NCBI GenBank assembly: GCA_963799485.1
Contig: CAWCXJ010000004.1
Span: 1-64,000 of the forward strand
Source: an uncultured Trueperaceae bacterium
GTDB taxonomy: Bacteria; Deinococcota; Deinococci; Deinococcales; Trueperaceae
Direction of reading: 5' to 3'
Length of the DNA: 64,000 bases
Both the position numbers and the translations under genes were made by a program. Positions 18,473 to 32,262 of the stretch are shown here, piece after piece. The notes beneath the pieces were generated by a model. That model made no database searches and was not told where the DNA came from. It was given only the letters and a program-made list of their open reading frames with translations. How positions within the stretch are numbered: the stretch's first letter is position 1; every line of letters begins with the position of its first letter.

Positions 18473-19066
18473 TCACTGCTCCAGCACTTTTTGCTCCAAC
18501 ACCTCTTGCTCCAACACCTCGAGCACCCCCTTTTCACTTAGCAGATGCGTCATCCTGACGTCGTGCGGTTCGGTCGGTAAAACCGGAACAATAAGTTCGG
18601 CTGGGACGACGCCGACGATGGGAATATCTCCGGCTTGGGCCAACAAGCGGTCGTAAAAACCTTTGCCGTATCCCAGGCGGTTGCCGGAGGTATCAAACGC
18701 TAGGCCGGGGACGAGGAGCAGCTCGAGCCTCCCCGGTTCAATCTCTACGTCTGCGGCGGGTTGCCAAAAACCGTAGGGGTGACGTTCCAAGTTCTTTGTC
18801 AGTGGATGAACCGTAAGCGTGCCGTCCGGGTGGGCTCGCGTTGCGTAAAAATGCTTGCCGCTCATCTCCGACAGGTCGATTTCACTGCCGAAAGCCAGAT
18901 AGGTCAAGACGTGTTCAGCTTGTTTGTAAAGTGGGCAGTGCCCCAACTGTTTTACGGCGTGTTCGCTTAGAACCCGGGTATCAAGCTGTGAGCGTCTGAC
19001 TTTTGCCCAGCGCCGCCACCCGGCCTTGCTCTGGGTTGTACTCCAGATTTCCCCCGGACTCACCAC
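18473..19066 (-). CDS. 5-formyltetrahydrofolate cyclo-ligase
   Basis: LVPGLAFDTSGNRLGYGKGFYDRLL, EPHDV. Confidence 0.92.
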   Translation of the reverse strand: MVSPGEIWSTTQSKAGWRRWAKVRRSQLDTRVLSEHAVKQLGHCPLYKQAEHVLTYLAFGSEIDLSEMSGKHFYATRAHPDGTLTVHPLTKNLERHPYGFWQPAADVEIEPGRLELLLVPGLAFDTSGNRLGYGKGFYDRLLAQAGDIPIVGVVPAELIVPVLPTEPHDVRMTHLLSEKGVLEVLEQEVLEQKVLEQ

Positions 19067-19189
19067 TTGTACAAGTTTACGGCAATATTCGGTAGTTTAC
19101 GGCAACATCGGCAATACGGCGATAGTCGCAAAGTCGGGTATGTTTTACGTCCGACACGGCGGCCCGCTACGTGCGGCATACTTAAGAGC

Positions 19190-19615
19190 ATGACAACTAA
19201 AACAACTACCGTGCATCACCTCGTCGGTAAACGTTTCGTCGGCGTCACCCCGGAAGGGCAACGGGTCATGATCGACGGTGAGAAAGAAGCCCAAACCGGA
19301 ATGCGCCCGATGGAACTCTTGTTAAACGCAGTCGGGGCGTGCGCCGCCTATGACGTTGTGGAGATGCTTAAAAAGCGCCGCTTGGACATCCAGGGTTACC
19401 GCATCGAACTTTCCGGCGAACGTCCCGACGCGGCGCCCGCGCCTTACACTCACATTCACGCCAGACATTTTTTTAACGTACCCGGACTCGACGAGAAAAC
19501 AGCGACGCGGTTTGTGGATTTGGCAACGAACAAATACTGTTCGGTTGCGGAGAGCCTAAAAGCCGAGGTCAGCTTCGAGGTGGTGCTCGAGACCCCCGAA
19601 CCCGAAACGGCTTAA
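19190..19615 (+). CDS. OsmC family protein
   Basis: PMELLLNAVGAC...KYCSV motifs. Confidence 0.9.
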   Translation: MTTKTTTVHHLVGKRFVGVTPEGQRVMIDGEKEAQTGMRPMELLLNAVGACAAYDVVEMLKKRRLDIQGYRIELSGERPDAAPAPYTHIHARHFFNVPGLDEKTATRFVDLATNKYCSVAESLKAEVSFEVVLETPEPETA

Positions 19616-19737
19616 AAGTTGGAGAAGGGAGAATTTGGGCCGCTCACTCTGCTTGATTCTGCCTTTTCCTTTCTCGTGTTCTGCTCGATTTCGGGACAAA
19701 ACCATAATTCTCTAAAGCGGATTTGTTAGGCTGAGCC

Positions 19738-21828
19738 ATGTCCGAGCCTGACCTGCAAGACCCACAGTTTTACTTCAACCGTGAAACGTCGTGGTTGAGG
19801 TTTAACGAACGCGTTTTAGAAGAAGCCGAAGACAGCGAAAATCCGCCCCTCGAGCGGCTTAAATTTTTAGCTATTTTCAGCACCAACCTAGACGAGTTCA
19901 TGATGATCCGTTATGCGGGCCTCAAAGAACAGGTCGCGGCGGGCATCGTTCGGCGGAGTTTCGACGGCCTGACCCCTGCCGAGCAGCTGTCTGAGCTGTC
20001 CGAAGAGCTGCACCCGCTGATTGCGCGGCACCGCAAGGTTTTACGGCACGACGTGTTGCCTGCCCTGGCGCGTCACGGCGTCTCGCTGTTACCGATTGCC
20101 AAACTTTCAGACACCGACCGCGCCGTCGTCGATGCGTACTTCGACCGCGAGCTGTTTCCGGTTTTGACGCCCTTAGCCGTCGATTCGGGCCACCCGTTTC
20201 CACGCTTGCCGAACCTGAGCTTTTCGCTGCTTTTAGAGCTGTTCGACCCGGAGGGCGAAGAGACCAAACTCGCGGTGGTGCAGGTGCCGGGCGTTTTGCC
20301 CCGCTTTTTACGGTTGCCGCCGCAGGGCGACGCCGACAAAACCTTTCGTTTCGTTTTATCCGAAGAGATTATCCGCGCCAAGGTCGGCGACCTGTTTCCG
20401 GGTTTGGAGGTCGTCTCGAGCCACGCTTTTAGACTAACCCGCAACGCCGACATCGAGATTGCCGAAGACGAGGCCGACGACCTCTTGCGGGTCATTGAAG
20501 ACGAGGTGAGAAAACGGCGCTGGGGCGACGCGGTGCGGCTCGAGGTCACCGACAAGATGCCTGCGGCGTGGTGCGACTTTCTCCGCAAAACCCTGCAACT
20601 CTCCGAGAGCGACGTTTACCGTATCGACGACCACCTAAACGTCGGCGACTTTATGGAGCTGGCGCTGCTCGACTTGTCCGAATTGCGCTACCCCGCTTTT
20701 GATACACGTTTGCCTACCGAATTTATCGGGATGTCGGACGTGTTCGGCGTCATCCGGCAGCAAGACGTGCTGATTCACAACCCGTTTCACTCGTTCGACG
20801 CGGTTTTGAACCTCATCGAACAAGCCGCCGACGACCCTAATGTGCTCGCGATTAAACAGACGCTCTACCGCGTCGGTGGGCGTTCGCCGGTCGTGGCAGC
20901 TTTGGCACGGGCTGCCGGAAACGGCAAGCTGGTCACGGCCTTGGTCGAACTCAAGGCGCGCTTCGACGAAGAGAACAACATCGTCTGGGCAAGAGAGTTG
21001 GAGCGCGCCGGGGTTCACGTCGTTTACGGTTTTGCGGGCCTTAAAACCCACTGTAAAACCCTCCTCATCGTCCGGCGTGAGGGTAAAGATATCCGCCGCT
21101 ACGTCCATTTAGGTACCGGCAACTACAACCGCACGACCAGCACCATCTATACCGACTTCGGGATGCTCTCTTGCGACGCCGATTTGGGTGCTGATCTGTC
21201 TGAACTGTTTAACTACCTCACCGGGTTTTCCAAACAGAAGTCGTGGCGTAAACTCTGGGTCGCGCCCGAAACGCTCCGCGACGAACTGATGCGGGTGATT
21301 GAGCGTGAAGAGGCGCACGCCCGCGAAGGCCGCGAGGCGCGCATCATTGCCAAGATGAACTCGCTCGTCGACCCACGGGTGATTCGCGCTCTTTACCGGG
21401 CGTCGCAAGCGGGTGTTGAAATCGACCTCATCGTGCGCGGCATCTGCTGTTTGCGCCCCGGCGTCGAGGGTGTTAGCGAACGTATCCGGGTACGGAGCAT
21501 CGTCGGGCGGTTTTTAGAGCACTCTCGAGCTTTCTTTTTCCTTAATGGCGGCGCAGAAGACCTCTACCTGGGGTCTGCGGACTGGATGCAGCGCAACCTC
21601 ACGAGGCGCGTCGAGGTCGTTTTTCCCGTCGAAGACCGCGCTGTCAAGAAAAAAGTCTTTCAGGTCTTGGAGCTGTGCCTGCAAGACAACGACAAGGCGC
21701 GCGAGCTTCACGCCGACGGCTCTTACTGCTATATCAAACGCAAAGCGGGACAGCACCGCGTCAATTCGCAAGAAAAGCTCCTAGACATCTCCGCGCGGCG
21801 GGCCGCGCGTATCAGCAGCCGCCGCTAG
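19738..21828 (+). CDS. ppk1: Polyphosphate kinase 1
   Basis: NRETSWLRFNERVL, HPFP, ELKARFDEENN, HLGTGNYN, GRFLEHSR, SADWMQRNL. Confidence 0.97.
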   Translation: MSEPDLQDPQFYFNRETSWLRFNERVLEEAEDSENPPLERLKFLAIFSTNLDEFMMIRYAGLKEQVAAGIVRRSFDGLTPAEQLSELSEELHPLIARHRKVLRHDVLPALARHGVSLLPIAKLSDTDRAVVDAYFDRELFPVLTPLAVDSGHPFPRLPNLSFSLLLELFDPEGEETKLAVVQVPGVLPRFLRLPPQGDADKTFRFVLSEEIIRAKVGDLFPGLEVVSSHAFRLTRNADIEIAEDEADDLLRVIEDEVRKRRWGDAVRLEVTDKMPAAWCDFLRKTLQLSESDVYRIDDHLNVGDFMELALLDLSELRYPAFDTRLPTEFIGMSDVFGVIRQQDVLIHNPFHSFDAVLNLIEQAADDPNVLAIKQTLYRVGGRSPVVAALARAAGNGKLVTALVELKARFDEENNIVWARELERAGVHVVYGFAGLKTHCKTLLIVRREGKDIRRYVHLGTGNYNRTTSTIYTDFGMLSCDADLGADLSELFNYLTGFSKQKSWRKLWVAPETLRDELMRVIEREEAHAREGREARIIAKMNSLVDPRVIRALYRASQAGVEIDLIVRGICCLRPGVEGVSERIRVRSIVGRFLEHSRAFFFLNGGAEDLYLGSADWMQRNLTRRVEVVFPVEDRAVKKKVFQVLELCLQDNDKARELHADGSYCYIKRKAGQHRVNSQEKLLDISARRAARISSRR

Positions 21829-21848
21829 CAGAAGTTTTTGACAGACCG

Positions 21849-22085
21849 CTAAGCCTGGAGCGAGCCTGAAGGTGTCCCGGAGGGCTCCTCATGCTGCGCC
21901 GCGTAACCTGCGTGTAGCCCCATCAAATAGGCGAGCTTGAGCATAAAGGTCAGCGTTTCGGTGTCGCCCCGTTTAACACGTTCGGCGATATATGCGTCGG
22001 TACCTTCGGGCAATTCGACCGCGCTGATTTCGTCGGCGTGTTGTTCGCGCATCTGGGCCAAAAATGTCTCGATAATTTCACTCAT
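21849..22085 (-). CDS. ddrH: DdrH-like small protein
   Basis: LPEG...GDTETLTFMLKLAYLMGLHAGYAA recalls Deinococcus DdrH (from memory, not searched). Confidence 0.55.
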   Translation of the reverse strand: MSEIIETFLAQMREQHADEISAVELPEGTDAYIAERVKRGDTETLTFMLKLAYLMGLHAGYAAQHEEPSGTPSGSLQA

Positions 22086-22349
22086 ACCGCGCTCCGTCCT
22101 CTGCTTGGCTTAATACTCGGCTTGGTTTCAATTTTACCTGCGGGTTCTAGAAGGTCAAAGCTGCTGCTAAGAACCTCGAGCCCGTCTCGCTGTCCTCAAG
22201 CTAGTCTAACCGTTTCCGCTCAACTCTTTTCCTACGTCTTTCCTGCGTCGGGCTGTTCTCCGACACGCTGTAAAAGGCTGAACTTTACGTGCTGGACGCC
22301 GTAAAGAAAGTTTCTCAAAAATAAAATGCGGCTCTCGGTGCGCAGGGGG

Positions 22350-22379
22350 TTGACACGGCGAGGCTTTTAGATATAGACT
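22350..22379 (+). promoter_or_regulatory. rRNA operon promoter
   Basis: TTGACA 22350-22355 and TAGACT 22374-22379. Confidence 0.75.
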
Positions 22380-22511
22380 TCTTTTTGCCGCTCGAAAGAG
22401 TCGGCGTGAACAATGACAAGCGAATAAGTGTGAATGAGCATCTAAAAGCGTAAGCAAATTGTAGCTTTTGGCTATGAATTGCAAGCGCGTCTTAAGTACG
22501 AATAACTTTAG

Positions 22512-25446
<2,935 letters not shown>

Positions 25447-25494
25447 AAATTGGACTCATCTTTGTTCACACTTATTTCGCTTGTCACTATTTTT

Positions 25495-25614
25495 TTCTTC
25501 GTGCTTCTAGCGGCGTGGATCCACCCGATCCCATCTCGAACTCGGAAGTTAAGCACGCCAGCGCCGATGATAGTTGGGGGGCAGCCCCCTGCAAAAGTAG
25601 GTCAGTGCGAGGAA
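25495..25614 (+). rRNA. rrf: 5S rRNA
   Basis: CCATCTCGAACTCGGAAGTTAAG, GCCGATGATAGT, AGTAGGTC; paired termini. Confidence 0.97.
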
Positions 25615-25627
25615 TTTATTTTGATAG

Positions 25628-25662
25628 AGAGGTGTTGCCCTTCGGGTAGCGCCTCTTATTTC
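25628..25662 (+). terminator. Hairpin after 5S
   Basis: AGAGGTGTTGCCC-TTC-GGGTAGCGCCTCT followed by T-rich tract. Confidence 0.6.
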
Positions 25663-25741
25663 TAGCATGTGCGGTATTTGAGGTAAGGAAACGTCTATCT
25701 CATTTTTAACTGATAGCGTTTATTGACCGATGATACCGCTC

Positions 25742-25820
<79 letters not shown>

Positions 25821-25841
25821 TAAGCCACCTTTGAGAATCTC

Positions 25842-25871
25842 AAAGAGCCACCCGGTTTTGGGTGGCTCTTT
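25842..25871. terminator. Bidirectional intrinsic terminator
   Basis: AAAGAGCCACCC-6nt-GGGTGGCTCTTT between convergent genes. Confidence 0.8.
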
Positions 25872-25907
25872 CTTGCTATAATTGTCAAAAAGCACAGAAC
25901 CGCGCTC

Positions 25908-26066
25908 TTATCGTAGAAATCTGCGGACAAGGCGCTCGAGCGTCCCTTCGCGCCGCCGACCCTTATAACGGCTGCTAGATGAGTAACGACTTTTACCCTG
26001 CCCTTTGTAACTGCGATAGGCGTTGTATCCTTGTTTGCCGAGACGGAAAAGTTTGCTGAACTTCAT
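25908..26066 (-). CDS. Small basic hypothetical protein
   Basis: 52-aa K/R/S/Y-rich ORF; TACGCT 6 nt before ATG suggests leaderless start. Confidence 0.55.
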   Translation of the reverse strand: MKFSKLFRLGKQGYNAYRSYKGQGKSRYSSSSRYKGRRREGTLERLVRRFLR

Positions 26067-26248
26067 CGTTAAAGCGTAGCGGAATAAAAGCAGTATTACC
26101 GTAAGCCGCACTTCAAGCTACAGCTTTTTGTAAAGCTGCGTTTGTCCGCTCGTCGGCTTGAGTTCTTCAGCCAGCCTGTTCAGGTGCATAAATACAGTCT
26201 TGCAGCCACCGACGGTTTGTCCGGCCGCAAGCGGTTATTTTAGAGAGA

Positions 26249-26995
26249 TTAGAACTGTACGGTAAGCCCATCCCTGGCAGTTTCAAACTCCGGTACTGTA
26301 CCCGCTCCCAGCTTGTCCAAAAACACCTGCCCCAAATGCGTGAGGACAAGGCGTTTCGAACCGAGCTCGGCAAAGTGGGCCTTCAGCGTCTGATAATCGA
26401 GGTGCTGAGGGGTGGGCTGAGCGAAGGTGTAGGCGTCGCAGATAAACAGATCCGCGCCTTGCGCAAGCTTGGGTAAGGCACCCGTCCAGACCGTATCCCC
26501 TGAATACGCGAGGATTTTGCCGCCGAGTTCAAAACGCAGGCCGGTACAAACCAAAGTCGGTGCGTGTCTGACAAGGTAAGGCGTAACGCGAACGCCCAAA
26601 ACGTCGGCGGGTCGGTCGGGGGGCAGCTCGAGCACACTCAGTTCAAAGGGCAGCTCGAGCGGTGTGCCGGGAAAAAGGGCTTCGGTAAGTCCGGGAATAT
26701 GTGCTTTAAGTCCGGGTGGCCCGGCAATGGTGAGCGGCGCGGTGCGGTGACTGACGAGGGCGGCCTCGAGCAGCAAGAACGGCAGACCGCCCACATGATC
26801 GCCGTGTAAGTGCGTCACGAAAATCAGCGGAATCTCGTCTAACGAAACGCCGAGCCTTTTCGCCGCTATCATCGAAGTCGCGCCGAAGTCGATTAAAAAG
26901 CGTGTCTCGCCGGAAACAACCGAAAAACAGGTGTTAAACCGACCGCCGCTCCCGAACGCGTCGCCACACCCCAGAAAAGTCAGTTCGGAGGTCAT
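26249..26995 (-). CDS. MBL-fold metallo-hydrolase (RNase Z/BN-like)
   Basis: FLGCGDAF, THLHGDHVGG, YSGDT, LTHL. Confidence 0.9.
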   Translation of the reverse strand: MTSELTFLGCGDAFGSGGRFNTCFSVVSGETRFLIDFGATSMIAAKRLGVSLDEIPLIFVTHLHGDHVGGLPFLLLEAALVSHRTAPLTIAGPPGLKAHIPGLTEALFPGTPLELPFELSVLELPPDRPADVLGVRVTPYLVRHAPTLVCTGLRFELGGKILAYSGDTVWTGALPKLAQGADLFICDAYTFAQPTPQHLDYQTLKAHFAELGSKRLVLTHLGQVFLDKLGAGTVPEFETARDGLTVQF

Positions 26996-27098
26996 AGCGC
27001 TACATTACCTTGCTACTTCTAAAATGTTTGGGTCAACGGTCAAGTTGGGTTGGTGAGAAGTGGCTGGTAACCTGCAACCACGCCAAACTTAAACCGAG

Positions 27099-27902
27099 CT
27101 ACCACGCCTGTTCATTTGCACTAGAAAAGCCCTGCGCCCGCCGCTCAGCCTCTAAAACGAGGTGATACGCCCGCCGTAAACTGTCTTCGGCGTCGCCTGT
27201 AGGGATAAACTCGTGCCCGACAACGCTGCTGTAGCCGCTCTCCGCGACAGCCTGAAACACTGCCGGATAGTTGATTTCCTGCGCAGGGCTCAGTTCGTGA
27301 CGTCCGGGGTTTCCGGCGGTGTGCAGATGCCCGAACGCGCCGTGGTGGTTTTGAATCGTCCGGATAAGGTCGCCCTCCATGATTTGCATATGGTAGATAT
27401 CGTAAAGAAGTTTGACGTTCGCTGAACCTGTAAGCCCTAAAACCTCGAGACCCCAACTCGTGTGGTCACACGTATAATCCGGATGGTCAATGCGGCTGTT
27501 GAGCAGCTCGAGCAAAAGCGTCACGCCCGCACTTTCGGCGAGTGGCGCGAGGCGGCGGAGTCCTTCTGCCGTAATCTCTGCGCTTTCGTCGTCCGGCTGC
27601 CCGCCCCGGTTGCCGCTAAAACAGATGAGGTTGGGAATCTGCCAGCGTTCGGCAAGTCTCAGGGATGTTTCGGTCTCCTGAACGATGCGTTCGTGATGCT
27701 CACGGCGGTTTAGGCCCTTTTCGATACTCTGGTGCGCCGGGTGCGTAGTGATTTCCAAACCCATACCTCGGGCTACCGGAAAGAGGTCTTCGCTTACCAG
27801 CTCTACGCCGTCGTAACCGATTTCGGCGGCGCGGCGCAAAAGTGTTTCAGCGTCGGTTTCGGGGGTGTAAAAACTCCACCAGGTAAATGACTGTCTGAGC
27901 AT
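27099..27902 (-). CDS. Hydroxypyruvate isomerase family TIM-barrel protein
   Basis: LELLNS, LLYDIYHMQIMEGD, HTAGNPGRHE, GHEF. Confidence 0.88.
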   Translation of the reverse strand: MLRQSFTWWSFYTPETDAETLLRRAAEIGYDGVELVSEDLFPVARGMGLEITTHPAHQSIEKGLNRREHHERIVQETETSLRLAERWQIPNLICFSGNRGGQPDDESAEITAEGLRRLAPLAESAGVTLLLELLNSRIDHPDYTCDHTSWGLEVLGLTGSANVKLLYDIYHMQIMEGDLIRTIQNHHGAFGHLHTAGNPGRHELSPAQEINYPAVFQAVAESGYSSVVGHEFIPTGDAEDSLRRAYHLVLEAERRAQGFSSANEQAW

Positions 27903-28263
27903 TAGAGACCAACCTGTTTAAGTGCGATTTGAGCTAGAACGGCTTTGACAACATCAAAGGTAAGTGAACCGCCTCTGTCTTGAATGACTTTTTTGCTTTC
28001 TGCCAGATAGTTTCATTTCTTGCTGCATCCAAGAATTCATGACCTTGCCAAGTAAGTCTTATCGCTTTGTAAACAGGCGAGCTTTTGTGGTTCAGTAATT
28101 TAGCTGCTTCAACAAGATCTGCTTCTCCTAGAGGCGAATGTGATAAGTCAGTTTTTCCTCGCTGTACCCTTGTATTTGCGGTCCACATAGTCGTCATAAG
28201 GGTTGGAGGAGATCTTTCAAGCTTAAGCATAATCTGCCTCACCAAGTCCATATCGCGCTTCAC
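27902..28263 (-). pseudogene. DUF2513 domain protein with multiple frameshifts, AT-richer
   Basis: MKRDMDLVRQIMLKLE and RLTWQGHEFLDAAR signature; GYSEEKLTYHIRL and KVIQDRGGSLTFDVVKAVLAQIALKQVGL* lie in other frames. Confidence 0.8.
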
Positions 28264-29276
28264 AGCGTAATCTCCGCAACCTCAACCGGACGTTTTTCTT
28301 TGAGGCTTTTGGTCGCTGCCAACGCCAAACGGAGCGCCTCCACTGCATCCTCAGCTCCCGGTTTCGGCTTTTCGCCTGAATTTACGGCGTCTACAAACGC
28401 CTGCATTTCGGCGCGGTAGGCGTCGCGGAAACGCTCGAGAAAGTAATAAACATAATCGCCCTGAATCCCGGCCTCGCCGTATTTCCAAACTTGGGTTGCC
28501 CGCTCCACTTCGGTGACGAGTTTGCCGCGCTCACCGTGAACTTCGATGCGGAGGTCGTAGCCGTGAACGGTGCGGCGGCTGTTTTGAATGACGCCGATAG
28601 CGCCGGAGGTGAACTCAACGGTCAAAATACTCGTGTCCACGTCGCCGTAAACGTCCAGGTACGGCGCGACCAAAACCCGCCCGAGCGCCGTCACCCGCGT
28701 CACCTCACCCACCATAAAGCGGGCGATGTCGAGGTCGTGAATCACCGAATCCACGAAGATACCGCCGGACGTTTCAACATAACTTTCCGGTGGCGGCGCC
28801 GGGTCGGACGACTGCGCGCGGAACATTTCGGGGCGGCCCAACTCGCCGGCGTGAATCGCCCGCGCCACCTCCCGAAAGCCGGCGTCGAAGCGGCGGTTGA
28901 AGCCGATTTGAAAGGGGACACCTGCTGTTTTTACGGCGTCGAGCGCGTTTTGGGTTGTTTTAAGCGCGAGCGCTACCGGTTTTTCGCAGAAGATGGCTTT
29001 GCCTGCCTCGGCTGCCGCCGTAATCTGCTCAGCGTGCAGGGTTGTCGGTGAGGCGATAAGTACGGCGTCTACACCGGGATGCCCCAGCAATTCTTCAACG
29101 CTGTCTATCACAGCCGCGCCACCGAAAGCCGCCTTTTGCGCCGCGTCAGGGTTTGCGTCCATCACCGCAACCAAGTGCGCGCCGTCGATACTGCCCGCTA
29201 AGTTGCGGGCGTGAAGTGCGCCGATACGCCCCGCGCCGAGAACACCGAAACCTAAAGAACGATTTGGATGGGTCAA
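28260..29276 (-). CDS. iolG: myo-inositol 2-dehydrogenase
   Basis: GAGRIG, FCEKP, GFNRRFD, SGGIFVDSVIHDLD, FLERFRDAY. Confidence 0.85.
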   Translation of the reverse strand: MTHPNRSLGFGVLGAGRIGALHARNLAGSIDGAHLVAVMDANPDAAQKAAFGGAAVIDSVEELLGHPGVDAVLIASPTTLHAEQITAAAEAGKAIFCEKPVALALKTTQNALDAVKTAGVPFQIGFNRRFDAGFREVARAIHAGELGRPEMFRAQSSDPAPPPESYVETSGGIFVDSVIHDLDIARFMVGEVTRVTALGRVLVAPYLDVYGDVDTSILTVEFTSGAIGVIQNSRRTVHGYDLRIEVHGERGKLVTEVERATQVWKYGEAGIQGDYVYYFLERFRDAYRAEMQAFVDAVNSGEKPKPGAEDAVEALRLALAATKSLKEKRPVEVAEITL

Positions 29277-29326
29277 AATAGAATCCTTTTATCTAAATAG
29301 AACGGTTGAGAGGATAGAGATATGCG

Positions 29327-30346
29327 TCACGCTTGAACTTTATCTTTCTCGGTAAATGTTGCAACTTGAACGGTCTGATTCGTCTCGAGCGCCCACTGCG
29401 CCGCCAACGCTAACTGAAGCGTTTTTACGGCGTCTTCAGCGTTCGGGGAGACAAGGCGATTTTCCAGCAGGCAGGTTGCAAACGCGCTGAGTTCGGCGGT
29501 ATACGCCGCTAAGAACCGCTCTTCAAAGTTTTGTGGGCCTTTTGAGACTGCGCCTTCGGTGGTGTAGCGCGTCAGGTTTAGCGGAGAGGTCATCTCGAGG
29601 TGTAATCTGCCGTATTCTCCCAAAACTTCGGCGCGAATCTCGTAACCGTAGGCCGTGTGAAGGCCCAGCTCGAGCGTTCCCAACGCCCCGTTTTCAAACC
29701 GGACGGTGGCGACCGCACTGTCAAAAAGTCCATGTTCGGCAAGTTCCGACATCTTCTGAACCGAACCCGTCGCGTGAACCTCCGCGACCTCACCGATCAA
29801 AAAACGCATCGTGTCGAGGTCGTGAACGCCTAAGTCGAGCATCAACCCGCCGGAAGTTCTGAGGAACGCTAAAGGTGGGGGAGAGGGGTCCCTGGACACC
29901 CCCCGAAAGCTCATCACTTCACCGAGTTCACCCGCCGTAAGCGCCCGTTTCGCCTCGACATAGGCCGGGTCAAAGCGGCGCTGAAAGCCTACCTGACCCT
30001 GTACCCCGGCTTCTCTAATAACCTGAGTGGCGTTTTCTGCTTCAGCCAACGTCGCTGTTAGGGGTTTTTCAACGAAGATGTGTTTCCCGGCTTCGGCTGC
30101 TCTTTGAATGAGCGCCGCGTGTGTGGGCGTCGGTGAGGTGATGATAACCGCGTCCAGTTCAGGGTCGGCGAGGGTGTCCGCGAGCGTTTTTACGGCGACA
30201 CCTAACGGGTCGGCGAGGCATGCGGCGTTTTCCGGTACCTGGTCGCAAATGGCAGTTAGCTCGAGTTCCGGCACCGCCCGTAACGCCCTTGCGTGCGTCT
30301 GCGCCATCCGTCCCGCGCCGATGAGCGCGGCTTTTACCCTACGCAT
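29327..30346 (-). CDS. Gfo/Idh/MocA oxidoreductase (second inositol dehydrogenase)
   Basis: [32 protein letters not shown]. Confidence 0.88.
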   Translation of the reverse strand: MRRVKAALIGAGRMAQTHARALRAVPELELTAICDQVPENAACLADPLGVAVKTLADTLADPELDAVIITSPTPTHAALIQRAAEAGKHIFVEKPLTATLAEAENATQVIREAGVQGQVGFQRRFDPAYVEAKRALTAGELGEVMSFRGVSRDPSPPPLAFLRTSGGLMLDLGVHDLDTMRFLIGEVAEVHATGSVQKMSELAEHGLFDSAVATVRFENGALGTLELGLHTAYGYEIRAEVLGEYGRLHLEMTSPLNLTRYTTEGAVSKGPQNFEERFLAAYTAELSAFATCLLENRLVSPNAEDAVKTLQLALAAQWALETNQTVQVATFTEKDKVQA

Positions 30347-31154
30347 GTGCTTGGGTATCGCTCCGCTCGAACTCGCGGATTTCGGCCTCGAGCGCGTCGA
30401 GTTCTCGTCCGCCTGCCATCATCTCCAAGACCTGCTCGCGGGTCACGTCGGCTTTTCTAAACGTCCCGTAGCTTTGACCGCGTTTTAGGATGGTAAAGGC
30501 GTCAGCGACCGGGTAGGCGTGGTGGACGTTGTGGGTGATAAAAATCACGGCGAGCCCCTTCGCCTTGGCCTGCGCGATATAGCGCAGCACCACTGCCGCT
30601 TGCTTGACGCCCAAGGCCGAAGTCGGTTCGTCTAAAATCAAGACTTTCGCGCCAAAATAGACGGCTCTGGCAATCGCCACACACTGCCGTTCCCCGCCCG
30701 ACATCGTCCCGACCGCCTGACCGGGGTCGCGCACGTCGATACCCATCTTGTGCATCTCTTGCCGCACGGTCTCTTCCGCTGAGGTCGTGTCAAAACGCTT
30801 CAGCGGCCCCCACCCCTTCGTCGGTTCACGTCCCATAAAAAAGTTGCGGGTAACGCTCATCAGGGGTTGAATGGCGAGGTGTTGATGCACTGTAGCGATA
30901 CCCGCGTCGAGCGCGTCTTTCGGCGAGTGAAAATGCACGGCGCGGCCCTCGACCGAAATTTGTCCGCTGCTGGGTTCGTGTACCCCGGAGAGCGTTTTGA
31001 TCAGCGTGGATTTGCCCGCGCCGTTGTCTCCCAGGAGGCACATGACTTCGCCCGCTGCGACTGCCATCGAGATATCCTGGATGGCGATAACCGACCCGAA
31101 GAACTTGCAGAGGTTATCGACCTCGATAAGCGGGGGGGTACTGGAGGGAGTCAT
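30339..31154 (-). CDS. Sugar ABC transporter ATP-binding protein
   Basis: [23 protein letters not shown]. Confidence 0.95.
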   Translation of the reverse strand: MTPSSTPPLIEVDNLCKFFGSVIAIQDISMAVAAGEVMCLLGDNGAGKSTLIKTLSGVHEPSSGQISVEGRAVHFHSPKDALDAGIATVHQHLAIQPLMSVTRNFFMGREPTKGWGPLKRFDTTSAEETVRQEMHKMGIDVRDPGQAVGTMSGGERQCVAIARAVYFGAKVLILDEPTSALGVKQAAVVLRYIAQAKAKGLAVIFITHNVHHAYPVADAFTILKRGQSYGTFRKADVTREQVLEMMAGGRELDALEAEIREFERSDTQAHA

Positions 31155-32179
31155 TTGGCCTCCGTCGCGCGTCTGCGGATAAAGTTGTTGAACACGACGG
31201 CAATCAGCAGCATCGCACCTAGGAATACTTGGAACCAGTCCGTGTTAACGCCCGTAAAAAAGATACCCTGTTGTACCATCCCGAAAATGAGCGCTCCGAA
31301 CACCGCGCCGACCGCCGAACCGTATCCGCCCGTCAGCAAGCAGCCGCCGATGACCGCCGCGATAATCGCCTCGAACTCTTTGCCGGTGCCCCTGGTCACA
31401 TCGGCGGAACCAAAATCGAGAACCTGCAGCGCCGCAAAAATAGTGGCAGAAACCGCTGTACCCATAAAAAGCGCAATACGGACGCTGCCCACCGGAACGC
31501 CTGAGTTGCGGGCCGCTTCGGGGTCGCCGCCGACGCCGAAAATCCAGTTACCGGGACGCGTTTTGATCAAAATCCAGGTGGCGATAGCTGCCAAAAATAC
31601 CCACCAGTAGACCGACACCGGAATACCAAAGACGTTGCCGATAAAAAGTTGTGCGAGCGAGTCGGTTGCGGCGGCGTCTTTAAGCCCCGAAACCTGGGTG
31701 CGCCCGGTAATCAGGCGGGTCGCGCCGATAGTCAGACCGCGCAAGATAAACAAGGACGCCAGTGTGACGATAAACGACGGCAAGCGGGTGCGGTTGACGA
31801 TTACGCCGTTCATGAGTCCGACAAACAGCGCGAAGGCAAACGCGAGCAAGATCGCGGCCCACACCGGCCAGTTGTAAATAGCAACCGGAATGGCAATGAC
31901 CATCCCGGCTGCACCGATGGTCGAACCGATCGAGAGGTCGAACTCGCCGCCAATCATGAGTAAGGCGGCGGCAACGGCTAAGATACCGAGTTGGGCGGAG
32001 ACCTCGAGCCAACTCACCACGCCGCGAAAGTTGAGAAAGCCCGAATCGCCTGCAATCACGGCAAAAAATATAAACACTAAAATAGCGCCCGCAACCGCGC
32101 CGAGTTCGGGGCGGCTCAGGAGTTTGCGCAGCGGGCTGACCGCCCGCACGCGTTCGTCGGTCAGGGGTGTGGTGCTCAA
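31151..32179 (-). CDS. Sugar ABC transporter permease
   Basis: [31 protein letters not shown]. Confidence 0.95.
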   Translation of the reverse strand: MSTTPLTDERVRAVSPLRKLLSRPELGAVAGAILVFIFFAVIAGDSGFLNFRGVVSWLEVSAQLGILAVAAALLMIGGEFDLSIGSTIGAAGMVIAIPVAIYNWPVWAAILLAFAFALFVGLMNGVIVNRTRLPSFIVTLASLFILRGLTIGATRLITGRTQVSGLKDAAATDSLAQLFIGNVFGIPVSVYWWVFLAAIATWILIKTRPGNWIFGVGGDPEAARNSGVPVGSVRIALFMGTAVSATIFAALQVLDFGSADVTRGTGKEFEAIIAAVIGGCLLTGGYGSAVGAVFGALIFGMVQQGIFFTGVNTDWFQVFLGAMLLIAVVFNNFIRRRATEAK

Positions 32180-32262
32180 ATAGGGCTCCTAGAGCTGTCT
32201 AGAGTCAAGTTTTACGGCGAAGGGGGCTCGAGGCCAGGTAAACCTCGAGCCCAAACCAACGT

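Noticed and set aside
18473..18530. VLEQ x3 C-terminal repeat in the cyclo-ligase
   Set aside because: A simple in-frame 15-bp slippage expansion with no sign of function.
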